This document shows positions 10,912 through 21,016 of a stretch of 64,000 bases of DNA, piece after piece. A program made the position numbers and the translations under genes. The stretch's first letter is position 1; each line of letters starts with the position of its first letter. Origin of the DNA: Candidatus Hadarchaeum sp. (GTDB lineage Archaea; Hadarchaeota; Hadarchaeia; Hadarchaeales; Hadarchaeaceae); the NCBI RefSeq assembly GCF_038871235.1, contig NZ_JAVZIN010000007.1, positions 22,404 to 86,403 of the forward strand, in the 5' to 3' direction. The notes below the pieces were generated by a model, which was given only the letters and a program-made list of their open reading frames with translations, was not told where the DNA came from and did no database searches.

Positions 10912-12168
10912 ATGCCGATGACGATTGCGGAGAAAATACTGGCCCGGGCGTCGGGGCGCCAGAGCGTGTCTCCTGGCGAGATAGTTGAGGCCCGAGTTGA
11001 TGTTGCCATGATTAATGACATCACCGGCCCGATCACGGTGGAGGCTTTGGAGCAGATCGGCGTTAAAAGAGTCTGGAATCCCTCGAGGGTGGTAATCGTC
11101 TTGGACCATCAGGCACCAGCCACATCGATCGAGGCCTCTCGAGAGCACATTGGGTTACGCAGGTTCGCGGCTCGGAACGGGGTTCAGAATTTTTTTGAGG
11201 TGGGCGAGGGAGTATGTCATGAGGTGCTTCCCGAAAACGGTTTTGCTCTTCCCGGCGAGCTCATCGTCGGAGCCGATTCCCATACCTGCACCTATGGGGC
11301 CTTCGGCTGTTTTGCCACCGGTATTGGTTCCACAGATATGGCGGCTGTCTTCGCCACCGGAAAGCTGTGGTTCCGTGTGCCTGAGAGCATGCTGGTGAGA
11401 ATCGAGGGGACGCTGAGAAGCCGGGTCTCACCGAAGGACCTGATTTTAAAAATCGTGGGCGAGGTCGGAGCCGATGGTGCCACTTACCGTGCCATCGAGT
11501 TCTCCGGCAGCGGTCTGAGTAGGATAAGCGTTGGGGGTAGAATGACGATGTGCAACATGGGGGTCGAGATGGGGGCAAAGACAGCTATTGTCCCCCCCGA
11601 CAGAACCACCTTTAGATATTTAAGGGGAAGGGCCAGATGGGGTTACCAACCAGTTTACAGTGATGCCGGTGCGAGTTACGTCGACGTAATGGAACTTGAT
11701 CTGTCAAAACTTGAGCCTCAGGTAGCTCTGCCCCACAATGTGGACAGGGTGCGACCGGTGCGTGAGGTTGCCGGGGTAAAAATCGACCAAGCCTTTTTGG
11801 GCAGTTGCACGAACGGCAGGCTTGAGGACTTGATTGAAGCGGCCAAAGTGTTGAAGGGTAAAAAAGTAGCCCCAGGAGTAAGGATGCTGGTTGTTCCGGC
11901 GTCACGAGAGGTTTACTTGGAGGCGCTCAGAAAAAAGGTACTGCAGAAATTCGTGGAGGCTGGTGCAATGGTGGGATCGCCATCATGTGCGGCCTGCATG
12001 GGGGGGCACATCGGAATCATCGGACCGGGAGAGGTCTGCATCTCCTCGTCCAACCGGAACTTCAGAGGGCGCATGGGCAGCCCGGAGGCCAAGGTTTATC
12101 TGGGCTCTCCAGCTACGGTTGCCGCTTCAGCCCTGAGAGGAGAGATCACTGATCCGAGGGACGTGTAA
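10912..12168 (+). CDS. leuC: 3-isopropylmalate dehydratase large subunit (archaeal/HACN-like clade)
   Basis: DH, GADSHTCT, FLGSCTNGR, CAACMG, NRNF.GRMG. Confidence 0.92.
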   Translation: MPMTIAEKILARASGRQSVSPGEIVEARVDVAMINDITGPITVEALEQIGVKRVWNPSRVVIVLDHQAPATSIEASREHIGLRRFAARNGVQNFFEVGEGVCHEVLPENGFALPGELIVGADSHTCTYGAFGCFATGIGSTDMAAVFATGKLWFRVPESMLVRIEGTLRSRVSPKDLILKIVGEVGADGATYRAIEFSGSGLSRISVGGRMTMCNMGVEMGAKTAIVPPDRTTFRYLRGRARWGYQPVYSDAGASYVDVMELDLSKLEPQVALPHNVDRVRPVREVAGVKIDQAFLGSCTNGRLEDLIEAAKVLKGKKVAPGVRMLVVPASREVYLEALRKKVLQKFVEAGAMVGSPSCAACMGGHIGIIGPGEVCISSSNRNFRGRMGSPEAKVYLGSPATVAASALRGEITDPRDV

Positions 12169-12683
12169 TGGCTAAGGCTTGGGTCTTTGGAAATAACATC
12201 TCAACCGATGACATCATCGCCGGGCGTTATCTGGTCCAGAGAGATCCGAAGCAGCTGGCCAAACATGTGATGGAGGCGGTGGATCCGAGTTTTGCCGCCA
12301 AGGTGAGGGCTGGAGATGTCATCGTGGCGGGAAAAAACTTCGGCTGCGGTTCAAGCCGGGAACATGCACCGATGGCTTTGAAGGGAGCAGGAATTGCCGC
12401 GGTGGTGGCTGAATCGTTTGCTAGGATATTTTTCCGAAACGCGATAAACCAAGGGTTACCTGTGTTGATCTCCAAGGAGGCAAGGCGTGGATTCAGGACC
12501 GGTGATGGTATCCGGGTGGATATCAGCAGGGGCGAGGTGCTCAACACCAGCACGGGCAAGAAATTTGATGCTGAACCGCTTCCAGATTTCCTGATGGAGA
12601 TCTTGCGAGCCGGTGGACTGCTGCCTTATCTCAAGAGGATGGGTCGGAAAAGTGGTTTCTTGAGGGAAAAAACCGCTGTTTAA
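12168..12683 (+). CDS. leuD: 3-isopropylmalate dehydratase small subunit
   Basis: [11 protein letters not shown] and SFARIFFRN. Substrate loop YLVQ resembles IPMI-type YLV(Y/I/M), not homoaconitase YLRT. Confidence 0.9.
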   Translation: MAKAWVFGNNISTDDIIAGRYLVQRDPKQLAKHVMEAVDPSFAAKVRAGDVIVAGKNFGCGSSREHAPMALKGAGIAAVVAESFARIFFRNAINQGLPVLISKEARRGFRTGDGIRVDISRGEVLNTSTGKKFDAEPLPDFLMEILRAGGLLPYLKRMGRKSGFLREKTAV

Positions 12684-12722
12684 GCTTAAGAGCCCTGATG
12701 TCAAGATTGTTCAGGTGATAGT

Positions 12723-13853
12723 TTGACAAGGTACAAAATAGCAGTCATCCCGGGTGACGGCGTCGGCCCGGAGGTTATTCGAGAGGGCGTCAAGGTCCTT
12801 CGTGCTGCGGCGGATGTGGCGGGCGGAATTGATCTGGATTTTGCGGAGTTCCCTTATGGCGCCGAGCACTACCTCAAAACAAATGAGCTGATCCCAGAAG
12901 AAGTGTTAAAAGAACTGTCCCGTATGGATGCGATTTACCTCGGAGCCTTGGGCGATCCCAGAGTACCTACTGGAATCCTGGAGCAGGGAATACTGCTCAG
13001 GTTGCGTTTTTACTTTGATCAGTACGTAAATTTGCGTCCCGTTAAGCTCTACCCGGGCGTACCATGCCCCCTGGCTGGAAAAGGACCGGAGCACGTGAAC
13101 TTCTTCGTGGTCAGAGAGAACACGGAGGACTTTTACGTGGCACTGGGTGGAAGGGCTAGAGGCAAGCAAAAAGCCAATTTAGATCTCATCAGAGCGCTGT
13201 ATGAGGCGAAGTTTAACCTAGACATCGATGTCGATAGGGATGAAATAGCCTATCAGCTTGGGGTCATAAGCAGAAGGGGAGCCGAGAGGGTCATTCGCTA
13301 TGCGTTTGAGCTGGCCCGGAGGAAGGGAAAAAAGCGCCTGACCTCCGTGGATAAAGCCAATGTCCTCACTCATGTCTACGGGCTCTGGCGAGAGGTCTTT
13401 GAGTCGGTGGCTAGAGAGTATCCTGAAATTGAAACAGAATATGCCTTTGTGGATGCCGTTGCTATGTGGTTCGTGAAGAATCCCGAGTGGTATCAGGTGG
13501 TGGTGACGCCGAACATGTTTGGGGACATCATCACCGATCTCGGCGCCATGATTCAGGGAGGTTTAGGTCTGGCACCGGGTGGCAACATCAACCCAGATGG
13601 CGTGAGCATGTTTGAGCCCATTCATGGATCAGCGCCAAAGCATGCGGGAAAAAATGTGGCTAATCCAATAGCCACAATCTTGGCCGGTCAGATGATGTTA
13701 GAGGAACTGGGTGAACAGGAGGTTGCTGACATCATCGAGGCGGCCGTCGTTGAGGTGCTTCGAGAGAGGAGGGTCAGGACTTATGATTTGGGCGGAAGAT
13801 CGAGCACCTCGGAAGTTGGCGATGAAGTGGTTAGAAAGATAGAGAACAGGTAG
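12723..13853 (+). CDS. leuB: 3-isopropylmalate dehydrogenase
   Basis: [40 protein letters not shown]; follows leuCD. Confidence 0.9.
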   Translation: MTRYKIAVIPGDGVGPEVIREGVKVLRAAADVAGGIDLDFAEFPYGAEHYLKTNELIPEEVLKELSRMDAIYLGALGDPRVPTGILEQGILLRLRFYFDQYVNLRPVKLYPGVPCPLAGKGPEHVNFFVVRENTEDFYVALGGRARGKQKANLDLIRALYEAKFNLDIDVDRDEIAYQLGVISRRGAERVIRYAFELARRKGKKRLTSVDKANVLTHVYGLWREVFESVAREYPEIETEYAFVDAVAMWFVKNPEWYQVVVTPNMFGDIITDLGAMIQGGLGLAPGGNINPDGVSMFEPIHGSAPKHAGKNVANPIATILAGQMMLEELGEQEVADIIEAAVVEVLRERRVRTYDLGGRSSTSEVGDEVVRKIENR

Positions 13854-13916
13854 CGGGAGGAAGACTTCGGTTCAACGGGGATATATTAGTTCAGTAAAGA
13901 TATTAGTTGGGAAAAC

Positions 13917-14480
13917 ATGAGGCTGGTTGTCGCCATAACCGGAGCGAGCGGTGCTCCATACGGGCTGAGATTTCTCGAAGCGTGTCAACGGCTGGGGATA
14001 GAAACAGAGCTCATCGTCTCAAAAAGCGCGGAGAAAATCTTGATGCTGGAGCTGGGAAAAGCCGCCGCTGATCTTCGCAGGCTGGCCACGCGGAGCTACT
14101 CTCCCGATGATTTGGAGGCGCCACCATCCAGCGGGTCTTATCCTGTTGACGGCATGGTGGTGATTCCCTGCAGCATGAAAACGCTGGGTGAGATCGCAAA
14201 CGGCATCTCTCATGATCTGATAACCCGGGCGGCTGATGTGATCCTTAAGCAGAACCGCACGCTGGTGCTAGTGCCGCGCGAAACTCCACTTAGCTTGATT
14301 CATCTGGAAAACATGACCAAACTCAGGCGAGCCGGAGCCATAATTTTACCCGCCGCCCCGGCGTTTTACATAAAGCCTGAAAAAGTAGCGGACCTGGTGG
14401 ACTTCATCGTGGGACGGGTTTTGGAGATGTTTGGCATCGATCACGGCCTTTATCCCCGTTGGTCCGGCGCGGGTGAGTGA
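13917..14480 (+). CDS. ubiX: Flavin prenyltransferase UbiX
   Basis: AITGASGA, SSGS, PCSMKTL, RAADV.LK, PRETP, PAFY. Confidence 0.95.
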   Translation: MRLVVAITGASGAPYGLRFLEACQRLGIETELIVSKSAEKILMLELGKAAADLRRLATRSYSPDDLEAPPSSGSYPVDGMVVIPCSMKTLGEIANGISHDLITRAADVILKQNRTLVLVPRETPLSLIHLENMTKLRRAGAIILPAAPAFYIKPEKVADLVDFIVGRVLEMFGIDHGLYPRWSGAGE

Positions 14481-15676
14481 TCGGTGCTGGCCGAGGCGAT
14501 AGGATGGGGTTAAATCTGCCCCCGATCAAGAAGTTTGAGTGCACGGAATGCAAGTATGCTGATTATAGGATTTCCGCCCGTGAGATAGGTGAGACGATAC
14601 CCGGGGGCTGTCCGAGATGTGGAGGAAATCTGCGGGTCGCGGCCGAAGAGGTGCCAGATTGGCTGAAGAGGCCGCTTGAAACAGTTGCAAAAAAATTTGA
14701 GATTTTGGATTTAGTGGCGCGAAGGGATAGAATTGAGCTTGAGGTTTCTTCGCGAAACGTTCGCAGCGCCTTTCGCTATGCGTTAAAGGTCCTCGAAAAG
14801 GAGGATTACCTCCCAGTGATGCGGGAGCATGAGGGCGAGCTGAGGCTTACTCTGGTGAAGCGTCCGGCTATTCGGGAAGGTAGGATCCTGACTAATGTGG
14901 CACTTTTTGCTGCCACAGTGGCTTCAACATTCATCGCCGGATATTACCTCTTTGACAGCTCATTTACCAGTGCCGCGCTTTTTTCCGCGTCGCTTTTGAC
15001 AATGTTGGTGGCTCACGAATTAGGCCATAAGCTGTCGGCTCGGCGCAATCGAGTGGCTTCCACGCTCCCCTACTTCATCCCTGCTCCCCCGCCATTTCCC
15101 TTGGGGACGTTTGGGGCGGTTATCAACATAAAGAGCCCCATACCCACCAAGGAGGCCCTTGTCGAGATGGGCGCCTCCGGACCAATCACCGGGTTTGTTC
15201 TTTCAGTGATAATAACCTTCATCGGCCTTTCGCTTTCAGTCCCGAGTCAGCTGGAGAACCCGCTGCCGTTTGTACCTTTAATGTTCGGTTTGCTGCAGCT
15301 GATAAGTTTGGGCAGGGTCACCAGCGCTTTTGAGTTAAACCCGTTGACATTCTCCGGCTGGGTGGTGATGCTCCTGACCATGTTCAACATGATTCCGGTG
15401 GGGCAGCTTGATGGCGGACATATCGCTAGGGCGGTTCTAGGGCGCGACCGCCACTTTTTGCTGACTAGGATGTTGGGGTTTTTGTTGATGCTCTTAGGGT
15501 TGGCTTTTCCAGACATGCCGATTTTCTTTGTTTGGGGCCTTTTGATCTTAGTTTTCTTCAGAGGTTATCATCCCGGGGCATTGGATGACATTTCACCGCT
15601 TTCCTTGCGCCATAAATTTTTAGCGGCAGCAGCACTGGCGGTGTTTGTGCTCTGTTTGCCTCTTCCTCTCGGGTAG
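14477..15676 (+). CDS. Site-2 protease (M50) with N-terminal zinc ribbon
   Basis: HELGH and NMIPVGQLDG catalytic motifs, multiple TM helices, N-terminal CTEC...CPRC. Confidence 0.9.
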   Translation: MIGAGRGDRMGLNLPPIKKFECTECKYADYRISAREIGETIPGGCPRCGGNLRVAAEEVPDWLKRPLETVAKKFEILDLVARRDRIELEVSSRNVRSAFRYALKVLEKEDYLPVMREHEGELRLTLVKRPAIREGRILTNVALFAATVASTFIAGYYLFDSSFTSAALFSASLLTMLVAHELGHKLSARRNRVASTLPYFIPAPPPFPLGTFGAVINIKSPIPTKEALVEMGASGPITGFVLSVIITFIGLSLSVPSQLENPLPFVPLMFGLLQLISLGRVTSAFELNPLTFSGWVVMLLTMFNMIPVGQLDGGHIARAVLGRDRHFLLTRMLGFLLMLLGLAFPDMPIFFVWGLLILVFFRGYHPGALDDISPLSLRHKFLAAAALAVFVLCLPLPLG

Positions 15677-15696
15677 ACGATAGATAAATAGGCAGG

Positions 15697-16314
15697 GTGG
15701 AAAAACTCAGCTATGGTGCCCGGGTGAGGGGAAAATTCATCTGCATTGAGGGATTAGATGGGAGCGGGAAGAGCACTCAAGTGAGATTGCTCGCTAATTG
15801 GTTGCGAAATTTGGGTTATAAGGTAGTTGTTACCGAGGAACCAACAGGAGGTCCGATCGGTAAAATAATAAAGTTGGCTTTGGCGGGAAAGCTTAGGATA
15901 CCGGTGGCAGCTGAGGCACTTCTTTTTGCCGCTGATAGGTTGCAGCACGTGGAACAGGTGGTAGCTCCGTCGCTCAATTCAGGCAAGTTCGTTATTTCAG
16001 ATAGATACACGGCCTCCTCCCTTGCCTACCAGTCGGCCCGTGGGCTTCCCCTCAAATGGGTAATGAAGGTAAATGAGATGGCACCGGAGCCGGATCTGAT
16101 GATATTGATAGACGTTCCTGCAGAGGTTTCGGCTCAGAGAATAAATCGTTCGCGCAAACTTGATGAATTCGAAAAGAGCCTTGAACTTCAGCGAAAGGTT
16201 AGACAAGTATATTTGAGCATTGCCAAGTTATGCAAGATGAAGGTGGTCGATGGCAATCGTTCGATCGACGAGGTTCAGGCGGAAATTCAACAGCTGGTGA
16301 AAAAGCAGCTGTAA
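15697..16314 (+). CDS. tmk: Thymidylate kinase
   Basis: IEGLDGSGKST, EEP, LFAADR, SDRY..SSLAYQ. Confidence 0.96.
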   Translation: MEKLSYGARVRGKFICIEGLDGSGKSTQVRLLANWLRNLGYKVVVTEEPTGGPIGKIIKLALAGKLRIPVAAEALLFAADRLQHVEQVVAPSLNSGKFVISDRYTASSLAYQSARGLPLKWVMKVNEMAPEPDLMILIDVPAEVSAQRINRSRKLDEFEKSLELQRKVRQVYLSIAKLCKMKVVDGNRSIDEVQAEIQQLVKKQL

Positions 16315-16362
16315 TCTCTTTGGTTTTGCGTCTGGCTTGTTTTGACGGTAGTTCTCAGCGGA

Positions 16363-17673
16363 CTACATGTTTATCTGGGCTGAAAATGGTAGCGTTTTGA
16401 AGACTTCACTGGCGGCCTTTTCAACGTTGGTTCTTTGTTTTGAGCTGGTATAGACTCGGATAATATCAACATATCCTTTCAAAACGTTAATTAAGCGTGA
16501 GTACCTAGAGAGCTGCACGAGTTCCTTGTTTCCGCCGCTGTAGGTGAAGACCGGGATTTCCATGGGATCAATTTCTCGAGGGTAGTATGGAATAGAATCC
16601 AGTGTTGGAACATCCACCACGACGTCATCGCTGTCAACTCCGGCTAGCCTAGCGATCTCCTGCTCTTTCTGCTGTCTTACGTTTTTGTCGCTCAGTAATT
16701 TTGCCACGTAGGCATCTTTGACGTGAACATCTCTCTGGTAAGCGACCTTGAGGAGTTCTCTGTTGTCTAGCATTTTCATTATCTCTTTGGCTTTTTCCGC
16801 CCGTCTCCGCTTTTCAGGATCGTTGAAGTCAGGGGGGTTAAGCTCCCTTAATTTGGTCGCCACATAACCATCGTCCATTTTCAGGAACTCGTTCACGCTG
16901 GCGAAGGAAGTCAGGCCGATGAGTTCGTCGGCATATTCCATCGCCTTATGGAGAAGAATTTCCGCGGATCTGACCGCGTGGTGGTAGTAAACCGCCAAGA
17001 ACATCTCATATCTGGCTATCATGAAGGCTTCAAGTGCGTAGAGCGCCTTAAGATCGATGGCGATGTCATTTCCATAGACATCCATCGCCTGAATCAACCT
17101 GTTGATGTCGATGCGGCCGTATTCGACTCCAGTATAGTAGGAATCCCGGACCAGAAAGTCAAGTTTGTCGGAGTCAACTTGGCTGGCCGTGATCTGGTGC
17201 AGATAGTTCCTGCCCCTGCTATCTTTTCCAAAGGCAAGTTTGACGATTTCATCCGGCCCGTAGCCACACTCCTTTAATGCATCGGCAAGCTCGCTCTCCT
17301 TTACAATCTTGGCACCCATCTGCTCGTGGTTGATGCCGCGCTTTTCCACGATCAGTTCCTCATAAGAGTGGGAGAAGGGGCCATGGCCGACATCGTGCAG
17401 AAGGCTGGCGAGCCTGACGAGCTGCCACTCGTTTTCAGATATCTCAACACTTTTTCTCAAGGATTCGGCGATTTGCCCAGCCACATGCATGGCGCCCAGC
17501 GCATGTGAGAATCTAGTGTGTTCGCCGCCGGGATATACCAGCGACGCGATTGAAAGCTGCTTTATTCCACGAAGGCGCTGGACCGGCCAGGTGTCGATTA
17601 TCCGGCGTTCCACGTCAGTTATGCCGATATAGCCATGGATGGGATCGCGAATGTATTTGATCATCATACGCAA
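16363..17673 (-). CDS. HD-domain phosphohydrolase (SAMHD1/dNTPase-like)
   Basis: RDPIHG, QRLR.IKQL, HTRFSH, LLHDVGHGPFSH, D.DKLDFL.RD, VYYH. Confidence 0.92.
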   Translation of the reverse strand: MRMMIKYIRDPIHGYIGITDVERRIIDTWPVQRLRGIKQLSIASLVYPGGEHTRFSHALGAMHVAGQIAESLRKSVEISENEWQLVRLASLLHDVGHGPFSHSYEELIVEKRGINHEQMGAKIVKESELADALKECGYGPDEIVKLAFGKDSRGRNYLHQITASQVDSDKLDFLVRDSYYTGVEYGRIDINRLIQAMDVYGNDIAIDLKALYALEAFMIARYEMFLAVYYHHAVRSAEILLHKAMEYADELIGLTSFASVNEFLKMDDGYVATKLRELNPPDFNDPEKRRRAEKAKEIMKMLDNRELLKVAYQRDVHVKDAYVAKLLSDKNVRQQKEQEIARLAGVDSDDVVVDVPTLDSIPYYPREIDPMEIPVFTYSGGNKELVQLSRYSRLINVLKGYVDIIRVYTSSKQRTNVEKAASEVFKTLPFSAQINM

Positions 17674-17839
17674 TCTTCTCTGTTGCTGGGGCTATTTAGC
17701 TGTCGCTGGGAAACAAATCAGGAAAAGTTGGAGTGGTTTAAATTTAATCGGGTCTTTCGGTTGGACTCTCTGGAGACCATCATTTAGCGATAGATTGGCT
17801 TCTTGTTTTTGCGGGATTTTTATTCAATTTCCAGTAATT

Positions 17840-18874
17840 CTATCCTCTTTCCCCATATTTCTCGAAAACAGAGATGAAGATGAGATCCTTGTCACTGATG
17901 TTATGTACCCGATGAAATTCTCCCGGGGCGATTGTCACCACGTCTTTTTCCCTGACACGCCGTCTGCCCCCGTTCATTTCTATTTCCCCCTCCCCCTCTA
18001 TGAAGAAGTAGACCTCACCCACAGGATGAGAATGACCGGTCGTTTGTTTTCCTACATGTAAAATGGTGATGGAGAGTACTAGGTTGCCCCCGATCGTCCT
18101 GTCGCAGACGATGTAGCGTTCGTCGTTTTTTACCACCCTTGCCTCGCGGAAGGCCTGAAGGTAGCTCTTGTGCGAAACATCGTACCACTCGCCGCTGAAC
18201 AAGTAGCCCTTGACCTTTTCTCCAAGTTGCATCAGATGCTGGATGAAGAATCCTGGAGCGTCCTGCTTAGAACTCCTGCAGAACTTGCCGAGAAGGGGAA
18301 AGATGCGTTTGGGAAAGATGTAGACTCCGGTGCTGACGTAACTGCTGAGAGGGGGACGGACCTTTTCCTTAAAATCGGTGAAGAAGAAGCTGGTGGCAGG
18401 AGGAGGATAATCGTCGCTACCATCAAATTTCACCGTGGCCATTTCCTCGGGCTTCATCTCGGGATTCTGCCCCACGTAGTATATGCCCACGAGCGGCTCT
18501 CCGGTGTAGCTTGAGACGAAGTCCTCAAAACCTGAGGAAAAATAGTTGTCGGCGCATACTACCATGAGATCCTCCTCAATTTTTTTCGCGTTGATGGCGT
18601 TCCAAATTGCCGAGACAGCCCCTAATTTCTGCTCCTCGGCCATGGCTTCCTCGACGATGAGGTTTTGGTAACCGGAGAAGAACCCCTCAAACTTTTTGTT
18701 AGTGGAGATGATCGGTTCCAAATTCACGGCGCGAAGCTTTTTGATCAGGTTGTTAAGGACGGTGTCTCCCTTTTCCATGATCATAGCCTTGGGCATCAGC
18801 TCCCCAATTGTACCTAGCCTTTTGGCAAAGCCGCCGGCGAGGATTAAGGCCTTCATGCCATCACTGGGAAACAC
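17840..18874 (-). CDS. Sugar-phosphate nucleotidyltransferase-like domain fused to C-terminal cupin
   Basis: MKALILAGG..KRL...PK and DN; cupin metal motifs HSH...E.Y...GEG and GEFH. True start probably MKAL. Confidence 0.8.
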   Translation of the reverse strand: MFPSDGMKALILAGGFAKRLGTIGELMPKAMIMEKGDTVLNNLIKKLRAVNLEPIISTNKKFEGFFSGYQNLIVEEAMAEEQKLGAVSAIWNAINAKKIEEDLMVVCADNYFSSGFEDFVSSYTGEPLVGIYYVGQNPEMKPEEMATVKFDGSDDYPPPATSFFFTDFKEKVRPPLSSYVSTGVYIFPKRIFPLLGKFCRSSKQDAPGFFIQHLMQLGEKVKGYLFSGEWYDVSHKSYLQAFREARVVKNDERYIVCDRTIGGNLVLSITILHVGKQTTGHSHPVGEVYFFIEGEGEIEMNGGRRRVREKDVVTIAPGEFHRVHNISDKDLIFISVFEKYGERG

Positions 18875-18926
18875 TTAGTTACTATGTTTATTTATCTTTC
18901 ATGAGAGAAGTTAGAGAAGTGAGCCG

Positions 18927-20306
18927 ATGGTTCTGGAGCAGCTGGGAAGGGCCCTCCATGGTGCCCTGCAGAAGATAACTCGCGCAGCCCACGTTGACGA
19001 GCGGGCCGTGAAGGAGCTGGTCAGGGAGATCCAGAGGGCCCTGCTTCAGGCCGATGTCAACGTTGAACTTGTGTTGAACCTCACCAAACGGATAGAAAAG
19101 AGAGCGCTGGAGGAAAAATTACCTCCGGGGATGAGCCGCAAGGAACATGTCATCAAGATAGTTTACGAAGAGCTTTCCGGTTTTCTGGGGAAACCGGCGC
19201 CGCTTCAGCTCGAGGCGGGGAAATCAAAGGTCCTTCTCATGGTTGGACTTCAGGGCAGCGGTAAGACCACATCCGTTGCCAAGCTTGCCGCCCACTTCAA
19301 GAAGCGCGGTTACAAGCCGGCCATCGTGTGCGCTGATACCTACCGCCCGGGAGCTTATGAACAGCTGAGCCAGCTGGGGCAGCAGATAGGCGTTGAGGTC
19401 TTCGGTGATCCGGGCTCTTCCGATTCGATAAACTTGGCCAAAGAGGGGGTTAAGCGCTTCAAAAAGGAGCGTGCTGAACTCATCATCGTCGATACTGCGG
19501 GCAGACATCGCCGGGAGGAGGCTCTGATGAAGGAGATGCAGGAGATAGCCAAAGCAGTAGAGCCCGATGAAATCATGCTGGTCATCGACGGAACGATAGG
19601 CCAGCAGGCGAAGGAGCAGGCGACGGCGTTCAAACAGACCACACCTATAGGGTCTATTCTCGTCACCAAGCTGGATGGCACGGCCAAGGGCGGCGGTGCC
19701 CTCTCCGCCGTGGCGGCCACCGGGGCGCCGATTAAGTTCATCGGGGTCGGGGAGCACATAGAGGACCTAGAACCGTTTGTGCCGGAGAAGTTCGTGGCTA
19801 GGTTGCTCGGGATGGGCGACATCGAAACCCTACTGCAGAAGATTGAGGAGGTGGCGAAAGAGGAGAAGCTGAAGCCCGCTGATATGAAGGCGATGATGGC
19901 GGGCAAGATAACACTCCGTGATGTTTACGATCAGCTTGAAGCTCTTAGCAAGATGGGACCGCTGAGGAAGATCATGCAGATGATTCCTGGCGTCGGGGTT
20001 TCCCTGCCTGAGGAACAGATGAGGGTTGGCGAGGAGAAGCTGAAAAAGTTTAAATACATCATGCAGTCGATGACCCCGCAGGAGCTTGAGGACCCCAAGA
20101 TAATGAATTCCTCACGCATCCGTAGGGTGGCTAGGGGATCGGGCACCACAGAAGCCGAGGTCAGGGAGTTATTGAAGCAGTATGAGATGATGAAGAGATT
20201 CATCAAGACGTTTGCAAAGGGAAGAGGCCCTAAGTTGGGCCAGCTGGGGAAGATGTTTCGGGAAGTCCCTAGGGGCGGGGATAAGGGCCCTAGAAAAGGC
20301 TCTTAA
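18927..20306 (+). CDS. srp54: Signal recognition particle 54 kDa protein
   Basis: GLQGSGKTT, DTAGRH, TKLDGTAKGGG and M-domain SMT..E...R..RVARGSG. Confidence 0.98.
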   Translation: MVLEQLGRALHGALQKITRAAHVDERAVKELVREIQRALLQADVNVELVLNLTKRIEKRALEEKLPPGMSRKEHVIKIVYEELSGFLGKPAPLQLEAGKSKVLLMVGLQGSGKTTSVAKLAAHFKKRGYKPAIVCADTYRPGAYEQLSQLGQQIGVEVFGDPGSSDSINLAKEGVKRFKKERAELIIVDTAGRHRREEALMKEMQEIAKAVEPDEIMLVIDGTIGQQAKEQATAFKQTTPIGSILVTKLDGTAKGGGALSAVAATGAPIKFIGVGEHIEDLEPFVPEKFVARLLGMGDIETLLQKIEEVAKEEKLKPADMKAMMAGKITLRDVYDQLEALSKMGPLRKIMQMIPGVGVSLPEEQMRVGEEKLKKFKYIMQSMTPQELEDPKIMNSSRIRRVARGSGTTEAEVRELLKQYEMMKRFIKTFAKGRGPKLGQLGKMFREVPRGGDKGPRKGS

Positions 20307-20349
20307 ACGAGGGAAACTATCAACTTAATTAGACAGTGAAAAATTTGGT

Positions 20350-20655
20350 GTGATTATAATGTCCGGACGTTCCAAAGGCTTGAGGAGCAAGAGTCGGAAG
20401 AAACTGACCAAGCACCCTCGTCAGAGGGGACTCACTCCCGTCAGCAGAGCAGTTCAGGATCTTACCGTGGGTGCTGAGGTTTCAATCATCTTGGACCCCA
20501 GCGTGGTCAAGGGACAGCCCCATCACCGCTACCATGGTAGAACTGGGGTTATTAGAGAGAGGCGGGGGCGAGCCTATGTTGTGGAAGTCCGCGATGGTGG
20601 CGCAATAAAAAAGATTATTTCCCGTCCCGAACACCTGAAGGTGGTGGAGGCATGA
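20350..20655 (+). CDS. rpl21e: 50S ribosomal protein L21e
   Basis: SKG.RSKSR.KL, KGQPHHRYHGRTG, RPEHL; conserved archaeal synteny. Confidence 0.96.
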   Translation: MIIMSGRSKGLRSKSRKKLTKHPRQRGLTPVSRAVQDLTVGAEVSIILDPSVVKGQPHHRYHGRTGVIRERRGRAYVVEVRDGGAIKKIISRPEHLKVVEA

Positions 20656-20990
20656 TCGGCAAGCGCGTTGTTAAGGAGAAACCTGTGCCCCTTGCGGAGG
20701 TTCTCGGCATTTTGGAGAAGGTCAAGAAGGAGGGAGAGCTGGAGTACTGGCAAAGACTGACTTATGACTATGCGCAAAAGTTTGCCAAGGTCAAGCCGAA
20801 GGAGGCGCAGGAGTTGATGGAGGAACTCCTCAAGATGGATAAGATTAAGGAACACTTGGCCGTGGCGATCATCGATCTCATGCCGGAGACCAAAGAGGAT
20901 CTGGAACTCATTTTCTCGAAGGAGAGGGTTAAACTCGAAGAGGATGAAGCGAACAAGGTTCTCGAGCTAGTTAAAAAATATAGCGGCTGA
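20652..20990 (+). CDS. rpoF: RNA polymerase subunit F (Rpo4)
   Basis: Y.Q....DYA.KF.K and IIDLMP....L..IF; position between L21e and DUF655. Confidence 0.93.
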   Translation: MIGKRVVKEKPVPLAEVLGILEKVKKEGELEYWQRLTYDYAQKFAKVKPKEAQELMEELLKMDKIKEHLAVAIIDLMPETKEDLELIFSKERVKLEEDEANKVLELVKKYSG

Positions 20991-21016
20991 GACAGCAGGC
21001 TCGGGAGCGTGTTTTA

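Noticed and set aside
10912-13853. Homoaconitase/homoisocitrate dehydrogenase interpretation
   Set aside because: The ilv context and the YLVQ loop (not YLRT) favour leucine/isoleucine enzymes.
17718-17784. Possible C/D sRNA on the minus strand (ATGATG...CCGA...CTGA)
   Set aside because: No convincing C' box, over-long spacing, and no target identified by eye.
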